A DNA stretch of 48,594 nt from a virus. Lineage: Duplodnaviria > Caudoviricetes. Under the pieces are notes generated by a model. It had not been told where the DNA came from, ran no database searches, and saw nothing but the letters and a program-made list of their open reading frames with translations. Shown here piece after piece: positions 26,460 to 35,115 of this stretch; position 1 is the first letter of the stretch, and the number at the start of each line of letters is the position of its first letter. Made by a program: the position numbers and the translations under genes. The DNA lies in IMG/VR virus record IMGVR_UViG_3300010362_000026, positions 1-48,594 of that record, one strand, 5' to 3'.

Positions 26460-29060
26460 TTAAGCCGATCCTCCCGGCTTCGGCTTCGGCCGCATCGCCT
26501 CTATGGTCCGCTCATGGGCATGCTGCTGATCTTGCATGCCGCGCTCATGCGCAAGCTTGTCCTGCTGCATGCCGCGCTCATGCGCCTGCTGCGATAGCGC
26601 GTCTGAGCTTTCCTGTGCCGCCTGCTGCATGTTGCCGATCTCCTCGCGGATTTTGCCAGCCACCTCGACACCAAGCTCGACGCCCTGCTGGCGCGTATCG
26701 GCGTCCAGTTGAGCACCGAAGGTGACCAGATCGGCACCGACCTTGGCGGCGGTCTGCGCTTCCTGCGAATGCAGCTTGGCATAATCCAGACGCTCTTGGC
26801 TCCCCTGCTTGGCGATGTCGAGCATGGTCCCGAACTGGTCGGACTGTTCCTTGTGTGCCTGCGCACGCTCCTTGATAGCGACTTCGCGTGACCGCAGCTG
26901 GTAGACCGGATCGGACGCAATCGCCTCCGCCTGCTTCTGCTGAGCCTGCTGATCGTGCATCTGGCGGAGTCTGACCGAAGCGTCGGCCAGTGCCCGTGAG
27001 ATCATGCCCTCGACCTGTGGCGGAAGCTGTTGACCGAGAGGCGGCAGCTGTGTCCCCATCATCTGTTCGATCTCGCCACGGTACTGATAGGCGAGATGTT
27101 CGGAGAGATGGCTCTCCACCGTCCCCTGTATCTGTGCCGCCTGCGGCGATGCCTTCAGCATCTCCAGTATCTTCGGATCGGTGGCAAACGACAGATGGAC
27201 TTGGATATGTGCCGAATGATCCTGCTCCGGGTAGACCTTGGTCGGTTGGCCGGTGAGGAACGCCATGTTCTCGGTAACGGGGTCTTGCATCGGCGGCGGC
27301 TGATCGACCGGCAGAATGCGCTCGTCATTCTTCACGCCAATCGCCTGCAACGAAACGCGGTGCAGTTCCTTCATGTTGTAGAGGTTCGGTGCCGTCGCAG
27401 CCAAGGCCTGCACAGCCTGCATCTGGATGATGCGCTGTGCCTGCGTGGAGGCATTCGGATCGGAGACGGGCAGGATATCGACACGTCCGTCGAAATCCTG
27501 CGAGCGGTTGAACTGCCCCTGATCGTCCCAGTCGTAATGGCCATCCATGTACTGGGAGATCACGCTGGAGATCAGCTTGAACTCGCGCCGCAGCGAAGCA
27601 TGCAGGCGGGCGTGTACCGCCGTCATCACCTTCAGCGAACGCTCCAGTAGGGCCAGCGTGGTGCCGACCGGCTGGTTCTGTTGCTGGCTGGTGATGTCGG
27701 TGTCGGCAATCGATCCCACTCTGCGGCCCTCATCGATCAGCGACTGCAGCAGCTGGGCCAGAACCGCAGACGGTTCCTTGTAGGGCATCGGGAAAATGTT
27801 TTGCTGGATGGTGCCAGCCGGAACATCCACGTCCCGCCACTCACCGGGGGCGATGGGAGTATCGTCACCCTTGGTGCGCAGCCCTCTCGTCTTCAGTCCA
27901 CCGGGGAGGTTGTTGAGAGTTCCCGCGTCGATCAGCTGCCGCAGGATGGACGTGGACGCCTTGGCAATCGAGCCTATGAGGTGAATGAGCCCGATGCCGT
28001 AGAAACCCAGTCCGGGCATGTATTGATAGTGGACGAAGTACTGCTCCATATCGCGCTGGTCATCGTCCTGCTTCCAGTTCCGGTAGATGGATAGAACGAT
28101 CTGCGACTGCTTCTCGATAGTGATGATGTACGGGTCGGCAATGTCATCAGGATCGGAAAAGGCTCCGGGTAGATTGTAGTAAACGTGAACCTCGTAGAGG
28201 ATGTGCCGGTTGTCCACAGTCGGGGATTGTTCAATGCCGGTGATCTCATCTTCCTTCTCCCGGCCTTCCTTCGGCGGTTCGACGGGCGGCTTCGGCAGCT
28301 TGACGTTGCGATAGAAGTTGACGCGCTGCAGCTTCTTGATCTGGTTCGGCGAGCGCCTGAGAACATGCGTGTAGCGCTCCGAATTCTCCAGATCGCTGCA
28401 GCCGTAATCCACGATGAAGTCCTCGGCCGGGACCATGCAGGCTGACGGGCGTTTTTTCAGCGGATCGTAATAGACCTTGCGGAATACTGAGCCGGCTAAC
28501 GGTAATCTGAAAAGCAGCTGCTCGGTTTCGTTGCGGTACTCCGCCATCTTCTCCGTCAGCTGGTAGTTCAGCTCTTCCTTGACGCGCTTCGACTGATTGA
28601 TCTTGTCGGTCGTTTCGTCGCCCATGATCTTGGTCAGGACCGGCCCTGCGGCCGGGAAAATCTCCATGATCGCATTGGACTGGAAACGGACGACTGCCTC
28701 TGTCAGGACCGGATGGTAGACACCGCATGAACCCTTGAACGGCTCCGATCTTTCATCACCCTTAAAGCCGAGATAGTCGAGCCCGCTGGTATAGCTTTCG
28801 ATCCACTCCGAACGGGTCTGCTCGTCGGCATCGACCATTTCGATCAGATCGGTGGCAATGCCGCGCAATTCCTCGTCGGAAAGGAATTCCGCCAGATTGG
28901 TCTGGAAGCTTTCCGCCCCCGGCTGGCCGCCTTCGCCATAGGCCTGATCAGGCTCCGGAAGCATCGGCTGGTTCTGGTTGTCGGGCATGATTTGAACGTC
29001 GAGCGGCTGTCCGCCGCCGACCTGATCCTGTCCCGGTGTCATTGCTGGAGAGATTGCCAT
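26460..29060 (-). CDS. Portal protein (P22-like, long C-terminal barrel)
   Basis: HPVL.EAV.RFQ, LPLAGS.F.KVYYD, PG.GFYG.GLIH, LRQLIDAGTL.NLPGG, PVGTTLALLER and PVSDPN. Confidence 0.9.
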   Translation of the reverse strand: MAISPAMTPGQDQVGGGQPLDVQIMPDNQNQPMLPEPDQAYGEGGQPGAESFQTNLAEFLSDEELRGIATDLIEMVDADEQTRSEWIESYTSGLDYLGFKGDERSEPFKGSCGVYHPVLTEAVVRFQSNAIMEIFPAAGPVLTKIMGDETTDKINQSKRVKEELNYQLTEKMAEYRNETEQLLFRLPLAGSVFRKVYYDPLKKRPSACMVPAEDFIVDYGCSDLENSERYTHVLRRSPNQIKKLQRVNFYRNVKLPKPPVEPPKEGREKEDEITGIEQSPTVDNRHILYEVHVYYNLPGAFSDPDDIADPYIITIEKQSQIVLSIYRNWKQDDDQRDMEQYFVHYQYMPGLGFYGIGLIHLIGSIAKASTSILRQLIDAGTLNNLPGGLKTRGLRTKGDDTPIAPGEWRDVDVPAGTIQQNIFPMPYKEPSAVLAQLLQSLIDEGRRVGSIADTDITSQQQNQPVGTTLALLERSLKVMTAVHARLHASLRREFKLISSVISQYMDGHYDWDDQGQFNRSQDFDGRVDILPVSDPNASTQAQRIIQMQAVQALAATAPNLYNMKELHRVSLQAIGVKNDERILPVDQPPPMQDPVTENMAFLTGQPTKVYPEQDHSAHIQVHLSFATDPKILEMLKASPQAAQIQGTVESHLSEHLAYQYRGEIEQMMGTQLPPLGQQLPPQVEGMISRALADASVRLRQMHDQQAQQKQAEAIASDPVYQLRSREVAIKERAQAHKEQSDQFGTMLDIAKQGSQERLDYAKLHSQEAQTAAKVGADLVTFGAQLDADTRQQGVELGVEVAGKIREEIGNMQQAAQESSDALSQQAHERGMQQDKLAHERGMQDQQHAHERTIEAMRPKPKPGGSA

Positions 29061-29079
29061 CCAAGGGTTCCTTAGTCGG

Positions 29080-30606
29080 CTAATAGTAGCTTATCGGACG
29101 ACGTGCTCTTTTGTCCTTGTCTTCGTCGTCATCGTTCGCCGTACCGATCCAGCCACCCAGCCGGAAACGCTGCAGGGCCATCGCCACGGTGTCCACGAAA
29201 TCGTCATGCTCGCCTGCCGGAAAAGCGGCGCATTCCTCGATTACCTCCTGCGCCCAAGACTTCAGCTTGGGTGCGTAGACCATCTTGGAGGCGAAGATGT
29301 CGGTGATGGAATTTACCCGGCTAATCTTGTCGTTCGGGTTGGCGACCGTGCCGCGTCCGACACCGACATCCTGCACCGGGATATTCATCTGCCGCATCTC
29401 GAAAATCAGCGGATGACCGGCCGCCCGCGCCTCAATCAGGCATATGTTCGGTTCCCACTCGTCGTAATGCTGCTTGGCCTTCTTCTTGAGTTCGGGGAAG
29501 GTCCACTTGCCCTTGATGGCATCAAGCAGGATAACTCGGTTCATGCGGTCGTCGGGCGCTTCCTCGTCCACAAAAATCCCCCACGTTGTGCACGCCGAGT
29601 AATCGGCGCGGGTGGTCTTGGTGAACGCCGTATCCCAGCTCTGGATGATCGCAGTGCACTTGGGCGGCTTGGGCTTGTCCCAATCCACCCAGTGCTCCCG
29701 CTTGATCAGCGCCCCCTCTTCAGCGGTCGGCTGCTGCTGATACTGGGCGTTCCACTTGTGAAGCGGTATCGACGCCTTTGTCCGAAGCAGTTCCTCGACC
29801 GACCAGTACTCGGGCCAGATCGGGGTGCCGGAAGGCAGGATCGCCGGTAATTCGATGATCTCCCACTGGTCCGCCGCGCTGTCCGCGATCTGCTTCTTGA
29901 CCAGCTGGCCGGTCAGGTCGCGCAACGACCATCTGGTCATGACGATGATGATCGCGCCTCCGGGCTGCAGGCGCTGGCGCGGCCCGCCCTCGTACCACGA
30001 CATCACCTTGTCGTAGACTTCCGGATTGCTCTCGGCGATTACCGCATCCTGTTCGGAATGCGGATCATCTATAATGAGCAGGTCAGCGCCCTTGCCGGTG
30101 ACCGCACCCTCGGTGCCGATGGCGAAATACTCGCCGCCCATGCTGGTCGCCCAGCGGCCTGCCGCCTTGCTTTCCGCAGCAAGCATGACGCCGGGAAACA
30201 GGTCGTGGAACTCACCGGAGTTGATGATGCCACGCACCTTGCGGCCGAAATCGACAGCCAGTTCGGCGGTATGCGAGGACTGGATGACCTTCTTGGTCGG
30301 GTATCTTCCCAAGAAATAGGACGGCAGGTAGACCGACGCGAACAGGCTCTTGGTGTGGCGCGGTGCCATATTAATAATGACACGCTTGAGATTACCCTCG
30401 ACCACGTCATCGAAGACTTCGGCAATCACCCTGTGGTGGGAGCCTTCGACAAAGTCACGCCACATCGTCTTGACGAAAGGCAGGAAGCTCTCGCGCGCCC
30501 TGAGTTTGGTGCGCGAGGTCTGAAGTTCTTCAAGAAGGTCGAGGATTTCGCGTTGATTATCGACCGGCAACCGGCCGATTTCACGAAGGATGTCGTCGTG
30601 ATCCAT
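29080..30606 (-). CDS. terL: Terminase large subunit
   Basis: INMAPRHTKS (Walker A variant), LLIIDDPH, MTRW, SWDTA and HDD.VD; start moved to MDHDD. Confidence 0.92.
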   Translation of the reverse strand: MDHDDILREIGRLPVDNQREILDLLEELQTSRTKLRARESFLPFVKTMWRDFVEGSHHRVIAEVFDDVVEGNLKRVIINMAPRHTKSLFASVYLPSYFLGRYPTKKVIQSSHTAELAVDFGRKVRGIINSGEFHDLFPGVMLAAESKAAGRWATSMGGEYFAIGTEGAVTGKGADLLIIDDPHSEQDAVIAESNPEVYDKVMSWYEGGPRQRLQPGGAIIIVMTRWSLRDLTGQLVKKQIADSAADQWEIIELPAILPSGTPIWPEYWSVEELLRTKASIPLHKWNAQYQQQPTAEEGALIKREHWVDWDKPKPPKCTAIIQSWDTAFTKTTRADYSACTTWGIFVDEEAPDDRMNRVILLDAIKGKWTFPELKKKAKQHYDEWEPNICLIEARAAGHPLIFEMRQMNIPVQDVGVGRGTVANPNDKISRVNSITDIFASKMVYAPKLKSWAQEVIEECAAFPAGEHDDFVDTVAMALQRFRLGGWIGTANDDDEDKDKRARRPISYY

Positions 30607-30607
30607 G

Positions 30608-30637
30608 AAAAAAGAAGGCCGCAACGAGGATGCGGCC
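30608..30637 (-). terminator. Terminator-like hairpin directly upstream of the terL ATG
   Basis: GGCCGCA-UCCUCGU-UGCGGCC-UUCUUUUUU-C-AUG. Confidence 0.6.
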
Positions 30638-30660
30638 CAGCAATCGAGGGGGTATACTAG

Positions 30661-30690
30661 ACCATAACAGCCACTTGACAGTTTCGTCAA
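30661..30690 (-). promoter_or_regulatory. Sigma70-like promoter upstream of terL
   Basis: TTGACG-18 nt-TATGGT; includes the inverted repeat TTGAC-N6-GTCAA. Confidence 0.55.
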
Positions 30691-30713
30691 CAACGGGCGC
30701 GAGGTCGCACCAA

Positions 30714-31421
30714 ATGACACAACGTCTTGATTTCATAGACGTTTCGCATCATCAGGGGGTCATCGACTTCAACAAGGTCAGGTCGGCTGGCGTGATCGGC
30801 GTGATCATGAAAGCTACGGAGGGATCGACTTACGTCGATGACATGTATCTTTCCAATCGCGACAATGCCCTTCTGGCCGGACTGAAAATCGCCACCTACC
30901 ACTACCTGCACCATGGCGATACCGACAACCAGATGCAGCATTACCTCGACACCGTGATGCCGGAAGCTGGCGAGCGGCTGGTCATCGACTACGAGGAAAA
31001 CGACTGCAACATCGATGATCTGGTCGCCTCGGTGCGCTGGCTGAAGGTCAATGCCAATTTCTGCGAACTCACGGTCTATGGCAGCGCCAAGCTGACCGAA
31101 GATGTCGAGAACGCCGAGCATGTGCAGCTGCTCAAGCCGACCAGCCTGTGGATCGCCCGCTATTCGTCGTCGCAGCCGGAAATCGCCAGCAATGTCTGGA
31201 AGACGTGGACGGCATGGCAGTACTCGCAGACCGGCACGGTGCCGGGGGTCAACGGCAGCGTCGATACCAACTCCTTCAACGGAAGCCGGGAGAACTGTGA
31301 AAAATGGTTCGGGCCGGTTTCCCAGCCCGAACCCTCGCCCCAAACGGCCGTCGAGATTTCAATCAATACCCACGGTCAGCCCGTGGTGGTCAGCATCGAC
31401 GGCAACATCGTCACATCCTAG
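30714..31421 (+). CDS. GH25 muramidase (endolysin)
   Basis: IDVSHHQG, KATEG, YHY, DYE, LWIARY, WQYS.TG.VPG and VD.N; start moved to MTQRLDF. Confidence 0.88.
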   Translation: MTQRLDFIDVSHHQGVIDFNKVRSAGVIGVIMKATEGSTYVDDMYLSNRDNALLAGLKIATYHYLHHGDTDNQMQHYLDTVMPEAGERLVIDYEENDCNIDDLVASVRWLKVNANFCELTVYGSAKLTEDVENAEHVQLLKPTSLWIARYSSSQPEIASNVWKTWTAWQYSQTGTVPGVNGSVDTNSFNGSRENCEKWFGPVSQPEPSPQTAVEISINTHGQPVVVSIDGNIVTS

Positions 31422-31879
31422 GCTGCGGTGAATTCGAACTGCAGCTGTTCGGTATTCTCGGTGCCGGTCTGCACGAACACCGGGACGGAACCGGGACCGG
31501 CCTGCGCCATCGGCGAAACCGTGGTGGTCAGTTCGGTGTCGGAGACGAAAGCGGTCGGCACTTCCGAGCCGTTGAAGATGATCTTCGATCCATCGGTGAA
31601 ACCGGTGCCGATGCAGGACAATTGCAAATCTGCATCATCGACGCTGGCGGTTGCCGGATTGAGCGACGTCAGGGTGGTGGCTGGCGGTTCCGGCTCTGGT
31701 GGGATGGGATAATCGACGCCTTGGATGGCGGCGGTCACCTGTGTCCAGAACTGCCAAGAAAGAAGCATCATACGGGACGAGATGTTGTTCTGGTCGAATT
31801 GCGCGGCGGTCCCCGCTATTGCCCGCCCGATTTCTTCAGGGTCACGTTCGATCCCTGTCTTCGCCGCCTCTGCCATCAC
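31418..31879 (-). CDS. IPT/TIG Ig-like domain protein
   Basis: LTSLNP......L...GTGFT.GS.I.FNG...T.FVSDTELT. Confidence 0.7.
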   Translation of the reverse strand: MMAEAAKTGIERDPEEIGRAIAGTAAQFDQNNISSRMMLLSWQFWTQVTAAIQGVDYPIPPEPEPPATTLTSLNPATASVDDADLQLSCIGTGFTDGSKIIFNGSEVPTAFVSDTELTTTVSPMAQAGPGSVPVFVQTGTENTEQLQFEFTAA

Positions 31880-32127
31880 TTCCTCCTTCCGCGTTTCTTT
31901 GGCGTTGCCTTGGCCTTGAGTTCATCAAGGTCCACATAGTCATCCTCCTCGGCTTCAGCTGCCGGGACTTCTTCAGCTTCCGCCTTGGGTGTGACGGCTT
32001 CAAGAATAGCTTCTGCGACGGCTTTCCAGAAGCCCTCATCAACAAACATCGATCTGGCATTGCGGTCGGGGGTGTTGACGGTCTGCGCCGCCTTGGCGAG
32101 CTTTCCTGCGAGTTGTTTTGCGTCCAT
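31876..32127 (-). CDS. Hypothetical protein with acidic then basic C-terminus
   Basis: GGAGGAGG RBS before MDAKQLAG. Confidence 0.7.
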   Translation of the reverse strand: MDAKQLAGKLAKAAQTVNTPDRNARSMFVDEGFWKAVAEAILEAVTPKAEAEEVPAAEAEEDDYVDLDELKAKATPKKRGRRK

Positions 32128-32141
32128 GAACCTCCTCCACG

Positions 32142-32216
32142 AAAAAAGGGCAGGGACCAAGCGAGGAGCCACCCCGAACCTGATCCCTGCCCCGTGCAAT
32201 CCACCCAAAGGGGGAT
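32142..32216 (-). ncRNA. Candidate small RNA/leader with terminator whose loop carries GUGGCUCCUC
   Basis: Upstream TTGATT-17-TAGTGT (32251-32223); GGGCAGGGAUCAG...UUGGUCCCUGCCC followed by U6. Confidence 0.5.
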
Positions 32217-32373
32217 GCATCGACACTATCGCGGCGCTGGACAAAAATCAACCGGAGAGGAAGGGAGCATAGTAGCAAGCAAAACCGGTTTGAATGCGAC
32301 CGGAACTGCTCCCTTCCCCATCCCCTGATCTGATATAACGGCTTCAAATCAGGAGATTTATCAAAAAGATAAC

Positions 32374-32592
32374 CTATGTGCCGATCTTCGGCAAGTTCAG
32401 GCCAGCGCCAAGACCCAGCAATTGCAGCAGAAGCGCGATGACGACCAGCGCAATGATCACCACCAGCACGATCTTGATGATCCGGTTGGGCGGGTCCGGT
32501 ATCGGGATGGCATCTATCACATAAATGACCAGCCAGTAGAGGATACCCAAGATCAGCAGATAGACGATCAGGTTAATCAGAAGCCCTATCAT
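32374..32592 (-). CDS. Small two-TM membrane protein (possible holin-like)
   Basis: Two hydrophobic helices flanking IPIPDPPNRIIK. Confidence 0.7.
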   Translation of the reverse strand: MIGLLINLIVYLLILGILYWLVIYVIDAIPIPDPPNRIIKIVLVVIIALVVIALLLQLLGLGAGLNLPKIGT

Positions 32593-33164
32593 TTCTTTCC
32601 ACCTTTGCCGTTATTGCCTTGCCCGTGATTGCCGTTGTCCGAGTGGCCCCTGCCGTTATTCCCGCCACCACCACCACCGCCATTGCCAGAACCGCCATCA
32701 CCACCAGAACCCACGCCACCACCATTGGCCCCACCAGAACCACCGCCGCCAGCAGACCCGCTCCCGCCAGTGCCGCCACCACCAGCATTCGCCACAGAGG
32801 TTCCTGATCCTGTATCCCTAGAACCAGCGGCAGACCCGCCGCCACCCCCGCCAGCAACAGCAGAAGCATTATCGCTATTGCCACCCTTGGTCCCCTTTCC
32901 CGGCTTCTCAACAGCCAGCCCGCCGCGTTCCAGCGTCTCGATTGCCTGATACACTTTCACGCAATTTTCCCTGACGGCAGCGTATGTGCGGTCAACAAAA
33001 GTGACGATGCATTGCACGCCATTCGTCATCTGCCTGCCGCTATGCCCTTCCGGCAGCGGCTCCCTGACCTGTGTGATTTGCTCCGGGTTGACAAGCGCCA
33101 GACGGCCATCGACCGTATGCAGTGCAATCAGGCTTAGAAGAAGCCACCTACCGTTTGCTGTCAC
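32589..33164 (-). CDS. Hypothetical protein with Gly-rich tail
   Basis: LH..DGR...VNP.QI...VRE.C domain followed by a G/S/N low-complexity tail. Confidence 0.6.
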   Translation of the reverse strand: MTANGRWLLLSLIALHTVDGRLALVNPEQITQVREPLPEGHSGRQMTNGVQCIVTFVDRTYAAVRENCVKVYQAIETLERGGLAVEKPGKGTKGGNSDNASAVAGGGGGGSAAGSRDTGSGTSVANAGGGGTGGSGSAGGGGSGGANGGGVGSGGDGGSGNGGGGGGGNNGRGHSDNGNHGQGNNGKGGKK

Positions 33165-33366
33165 GTACCGTCAGGCCACGCGCGGTCCCCGGTTCCTTGA
33201 TGACCGCCCCTTTCTCCACAAGCAGATCGATCATAGCAGAAACGGTACCCTTGGAGGTGACATTCATCGCCAGAGCGATTTCCCTGTAGGTGGGGCTCCT
33301 GCCATATTTCTTGTCGTAGCAGCGCAGGAAGGCGAGGAATTCCTCCTGCCGCTCGGAAAGGTTCAT
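33148..33366 (-). CDS. LexA-type N-terminal winged-HTH protein (no peptidase domain)
   Basis: LSERQ.E.L.FL......G.SPTYREIA......SKGTV......L.EKG.......ARG. Confidence 0.8.
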   Translation of the reverse strand: MNLSERQEEFLAFLRCYDKKYGRSPTYREIALAMNVTSKGTVSAMIDLLVEKGAVIKEPGTARGLTVRDSKR

Positions 33367-33369
33367 CGA

Positions 33370-33576
33370 TCACACCTCCCGTGTCGCCAGCTGGCCTTCT
33401 CTATAAATGTGGTAAAATTCACCCTGACCGCCGTCGATGCGGTGCATCACCACGTAGCGCCAGTGATGGTCGAGGCCTTCGAACACAGTCACGACGATGC
33501 CGGGGCCGGAATAACCGGTTCCCGTCTTGGTGACGAATTCCCCGGTCCTGAATTTCGGATTGGGAGAAGGGTTCAT
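33370..33576 (-). CDS. Hypothetical protein
   Basis: KF..GE.V.K.G.GY..PG.V...RYVV...HIY.E.QL; overlapping operon arrangement. Confidence 0.65.
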   Translation of the reverse strand: MNPSPNPKFRTGEFVTKTGTGYSGPGIVVTVFEGLDHHWRYVVMHRIDGGQGEFYHIYREGQLATREV

Positions 33577-33698
33577 GGCTTCACTACGATGAAAATCAGG
33601 ACGGCGACAATCAGGACGGCGATGATTGCCACCAGCAAATCCTCCGCATGGACTTCCTCATCCAACCATGAGCGCAGGCGGTCTGGGAATTTCCACAT
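33573..33698 (-). CDS. Small single-TM protein
   Basis: MWKFPDRL...LLVAIIAVLIVAVLIFIVVKP. Confidence 0.45.
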   Translation of the reverse strand: MWKFPDRLRSWLDEEVHAEDLLVAIIAVLIVAVLIFIVVKP

Positions 33699-34032
33699 TG
33701 TGCGGCCTCCACAGATGCAGGCAATTCGGATGGACGTTGATGTGATCGGACAAGGGGACGTGAAGTTGCATCGCAGTCTCGTCGTCGTTGAAGAACAGTC
33801 CCTTGACATAAGCCATCTCCGTCCAGTTCGGCGGTCGCTTCGCTCTCGATACCGAGACGTGATCCCAGTCCTCCCCGGACGAGGCGATCACCCTCATGGC
33901 CGCGTGATCGACAGGGGACGGGATCAGGAACGCTCCACATGTCTCGTCGCCGGAAGAACCGTAGTAGGTGATGACATCCCGGCCGGTGTCACGGTACATA
34001 TCGAGCAGATGGAGGTTCCGCATTTGTTCCAC
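33658..34032 (-). CDS. Conserved phage protein of unknown function
   Basis: WDHVSVS....P.W.EM..VK.LFF...MQLH.P....IN.HPNCLHLWRP. Confidence 0.8.
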   Translation of the reverse strand: MEQMRNLHLLDMYRDTGRDVITYYGSSGDETCGAFLIPSPVDHAAMRVIASSGEDWDHVSVSRAKRPPNWTEMAYVKGLFFNDDETAMQLHVPLSDHINVHPNCLHLWRPHNVEIPRPPALMVG

Positions 34033-34052
34033 TCATTATATATATGGGCTAT

Positions 34053-34415
34053 CTACAGGCTCATCCGCTCCCTCAGCAGATACGCCTCCAGCTTCCACAT
34101 CTGGCGGATGCAGTCCTCATAGGCAAACCTCATGCCGAGATCGGCATCGAAATTTTGAGGGTCTGCAGGGGTGGAGGTGCCGACCACCATGAAACCGTTT
34201 TCGAGAAGGCACACGCAGATGGTCATGTGCGGGGCGAACTTGGGAGACAGGTATTCGATCTCCCTGACCTTCTCGACAAGGCTTTCCAAGGTCACCCGAT
34301 GCGGGGTCTTTTGCACTGCAGCGCTTTCCTGATCGGTGATCGCCACGCTGGACAATCCGGTCCTGACGGCACGGGCATAATCGCTCTCATTCTGCTTTTC
34401 GTCCTCAGACATCAT
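34053..34415 (-). CDS. Gp49-family protein (N4 gp49/Sf6 gp66-like); candidate nucleotide-sponge anti-defence protein
   Basis: RVT......TIC...L.NGF.V.G.S..ADP.NFD..LG...A......W.LE.YLL. Confidence 0.75.
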   Translation of the reverse strand: MMSEDEKQNESDYARAVRTGLSSVAITDQESAAVQKTPHRVTLESLVEKVREIEYLSPKFAPHMTICVCLLENGFMVVGTSTPADPQNFDADLGMRFAYEDCIRQMWKLEAYLLRERMSL

Positions 34416-34657
34416 TCGCTCCTTATATGATCGAGAATTTTACGCACGGCACTGCCAACCCACAGGGACATCCCGATCTCGAAGAATTCCCGCTCGCTGC
34501 GGATGTCCTTTTTACCCCTGTCCCTGCACCATTCCTGAAAAAGGCACTCCATGAAGATCGCGCCCTTCACGGCTTCCCAGCCATTTTCGGGCTGGTGGAA
34601 GAAACACCAGCTTTGAATGCGCTGCCTGACCGAGGTGAAATGAACGATGTTACTCAT
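34412..34657 (-). CDS. Hypothetical protein
   Basis: Overlapping start/stop with both neighbours. Confidence 0.6.
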   Translation of the reverse strand: MSNIVHFTSVRQRIQSWCFFHQPENGWEAVKGAIFMECLFQEWCRDRGKKDIRSEREFFEIGMSLWVGSAVRKILDHIRSE

Positions 34658-34790
34658 CCCATTTCCTCAATTCGGAACGGTGATCCTTGATGAACGGACC
34701 AATGAGCAGCATGTAGCAGCATGTCACGAGCCATGCGCCAATGGCGAGTTCGATGATCCCGCAGGCGATGTAGTAGATGGTTCCAATCAT
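34650..34790 (-). CDS. Small membrane protein
   Basis: RBS AAGGAGTGAGCCAC-ATG; hydrophobic MIGTIYYIACGIIELAIGAWL.... Confidence 0.6.
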   Translation of the reverse strand: MIGTIYYIACGIIELAIGAWLVTCCYMLLIGPFIKDHRSELRKWDE

Positions 34791-34840
34791 GTGGCTCACT
34801 CCTTGAGAAAGGCCCTCCCCCTTGAGGGAGGGCCACAGGC

Positions 34841-34972
34841 TTAATAGCAATAGGTGTTGCAGGTCCGGTAATCACCGGAACCGTAACAGGTGGTGCGGCA
34901 GTTCGATGCCGATGCCGAATGGGCAAAGGCAGAGAGGACAAGGACAACGAAGGCAGAGACAACGAACTTCAT
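34841..34972 (-). CDS. Secreted Cys-rich micropeptide, 43 aa (not in ORF track)
   Basis: GAGGAG RBS; MKFVVSAFVVLVLSAFAHSASA-SNCRTTCYGSGDYRTCNTYCY. Confidence 0.7.
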   Translation of the reverse strand: MKFVVSAFVVLVLSAFAHSASASNCRTTCYGSGDYRTCNTYCY

Positions 34973-35115
34973 GGAGGTGACTCCTCTGTTTCACATACGT
35001 CCGCTTTCAGCGGACTTCTGGGTTGATATCCGGACGATTTTCCACGTCCGACAAAAACCTAATCCCTGCGCCGTGGATTTGCAACCCGACCCCTTTACAT
35101 CCACCCGTTTCTCAG

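Noticed and set aside
26505-26590. Tandem repeat TGCATGCCGCGCTCATGCGC
   Set aside because: Encodes AHERGMQ peptide repeats in the portal C-terminal tail.
125-30660. Many long plus-strand ORFs (e.g. 2330..3409, 3863..4873, 4689..5858, 6658..7536, 22884..23756)
   Set aside because: Antisense shadows of GC-rich minus-strand genes; no RBS or recognisable motifs.
32630-32860. CCACCA/CCGCCA-rich low-complexity DNA
   Set aside because: Simply the Gly-rich tail of ORF 32589..33164.
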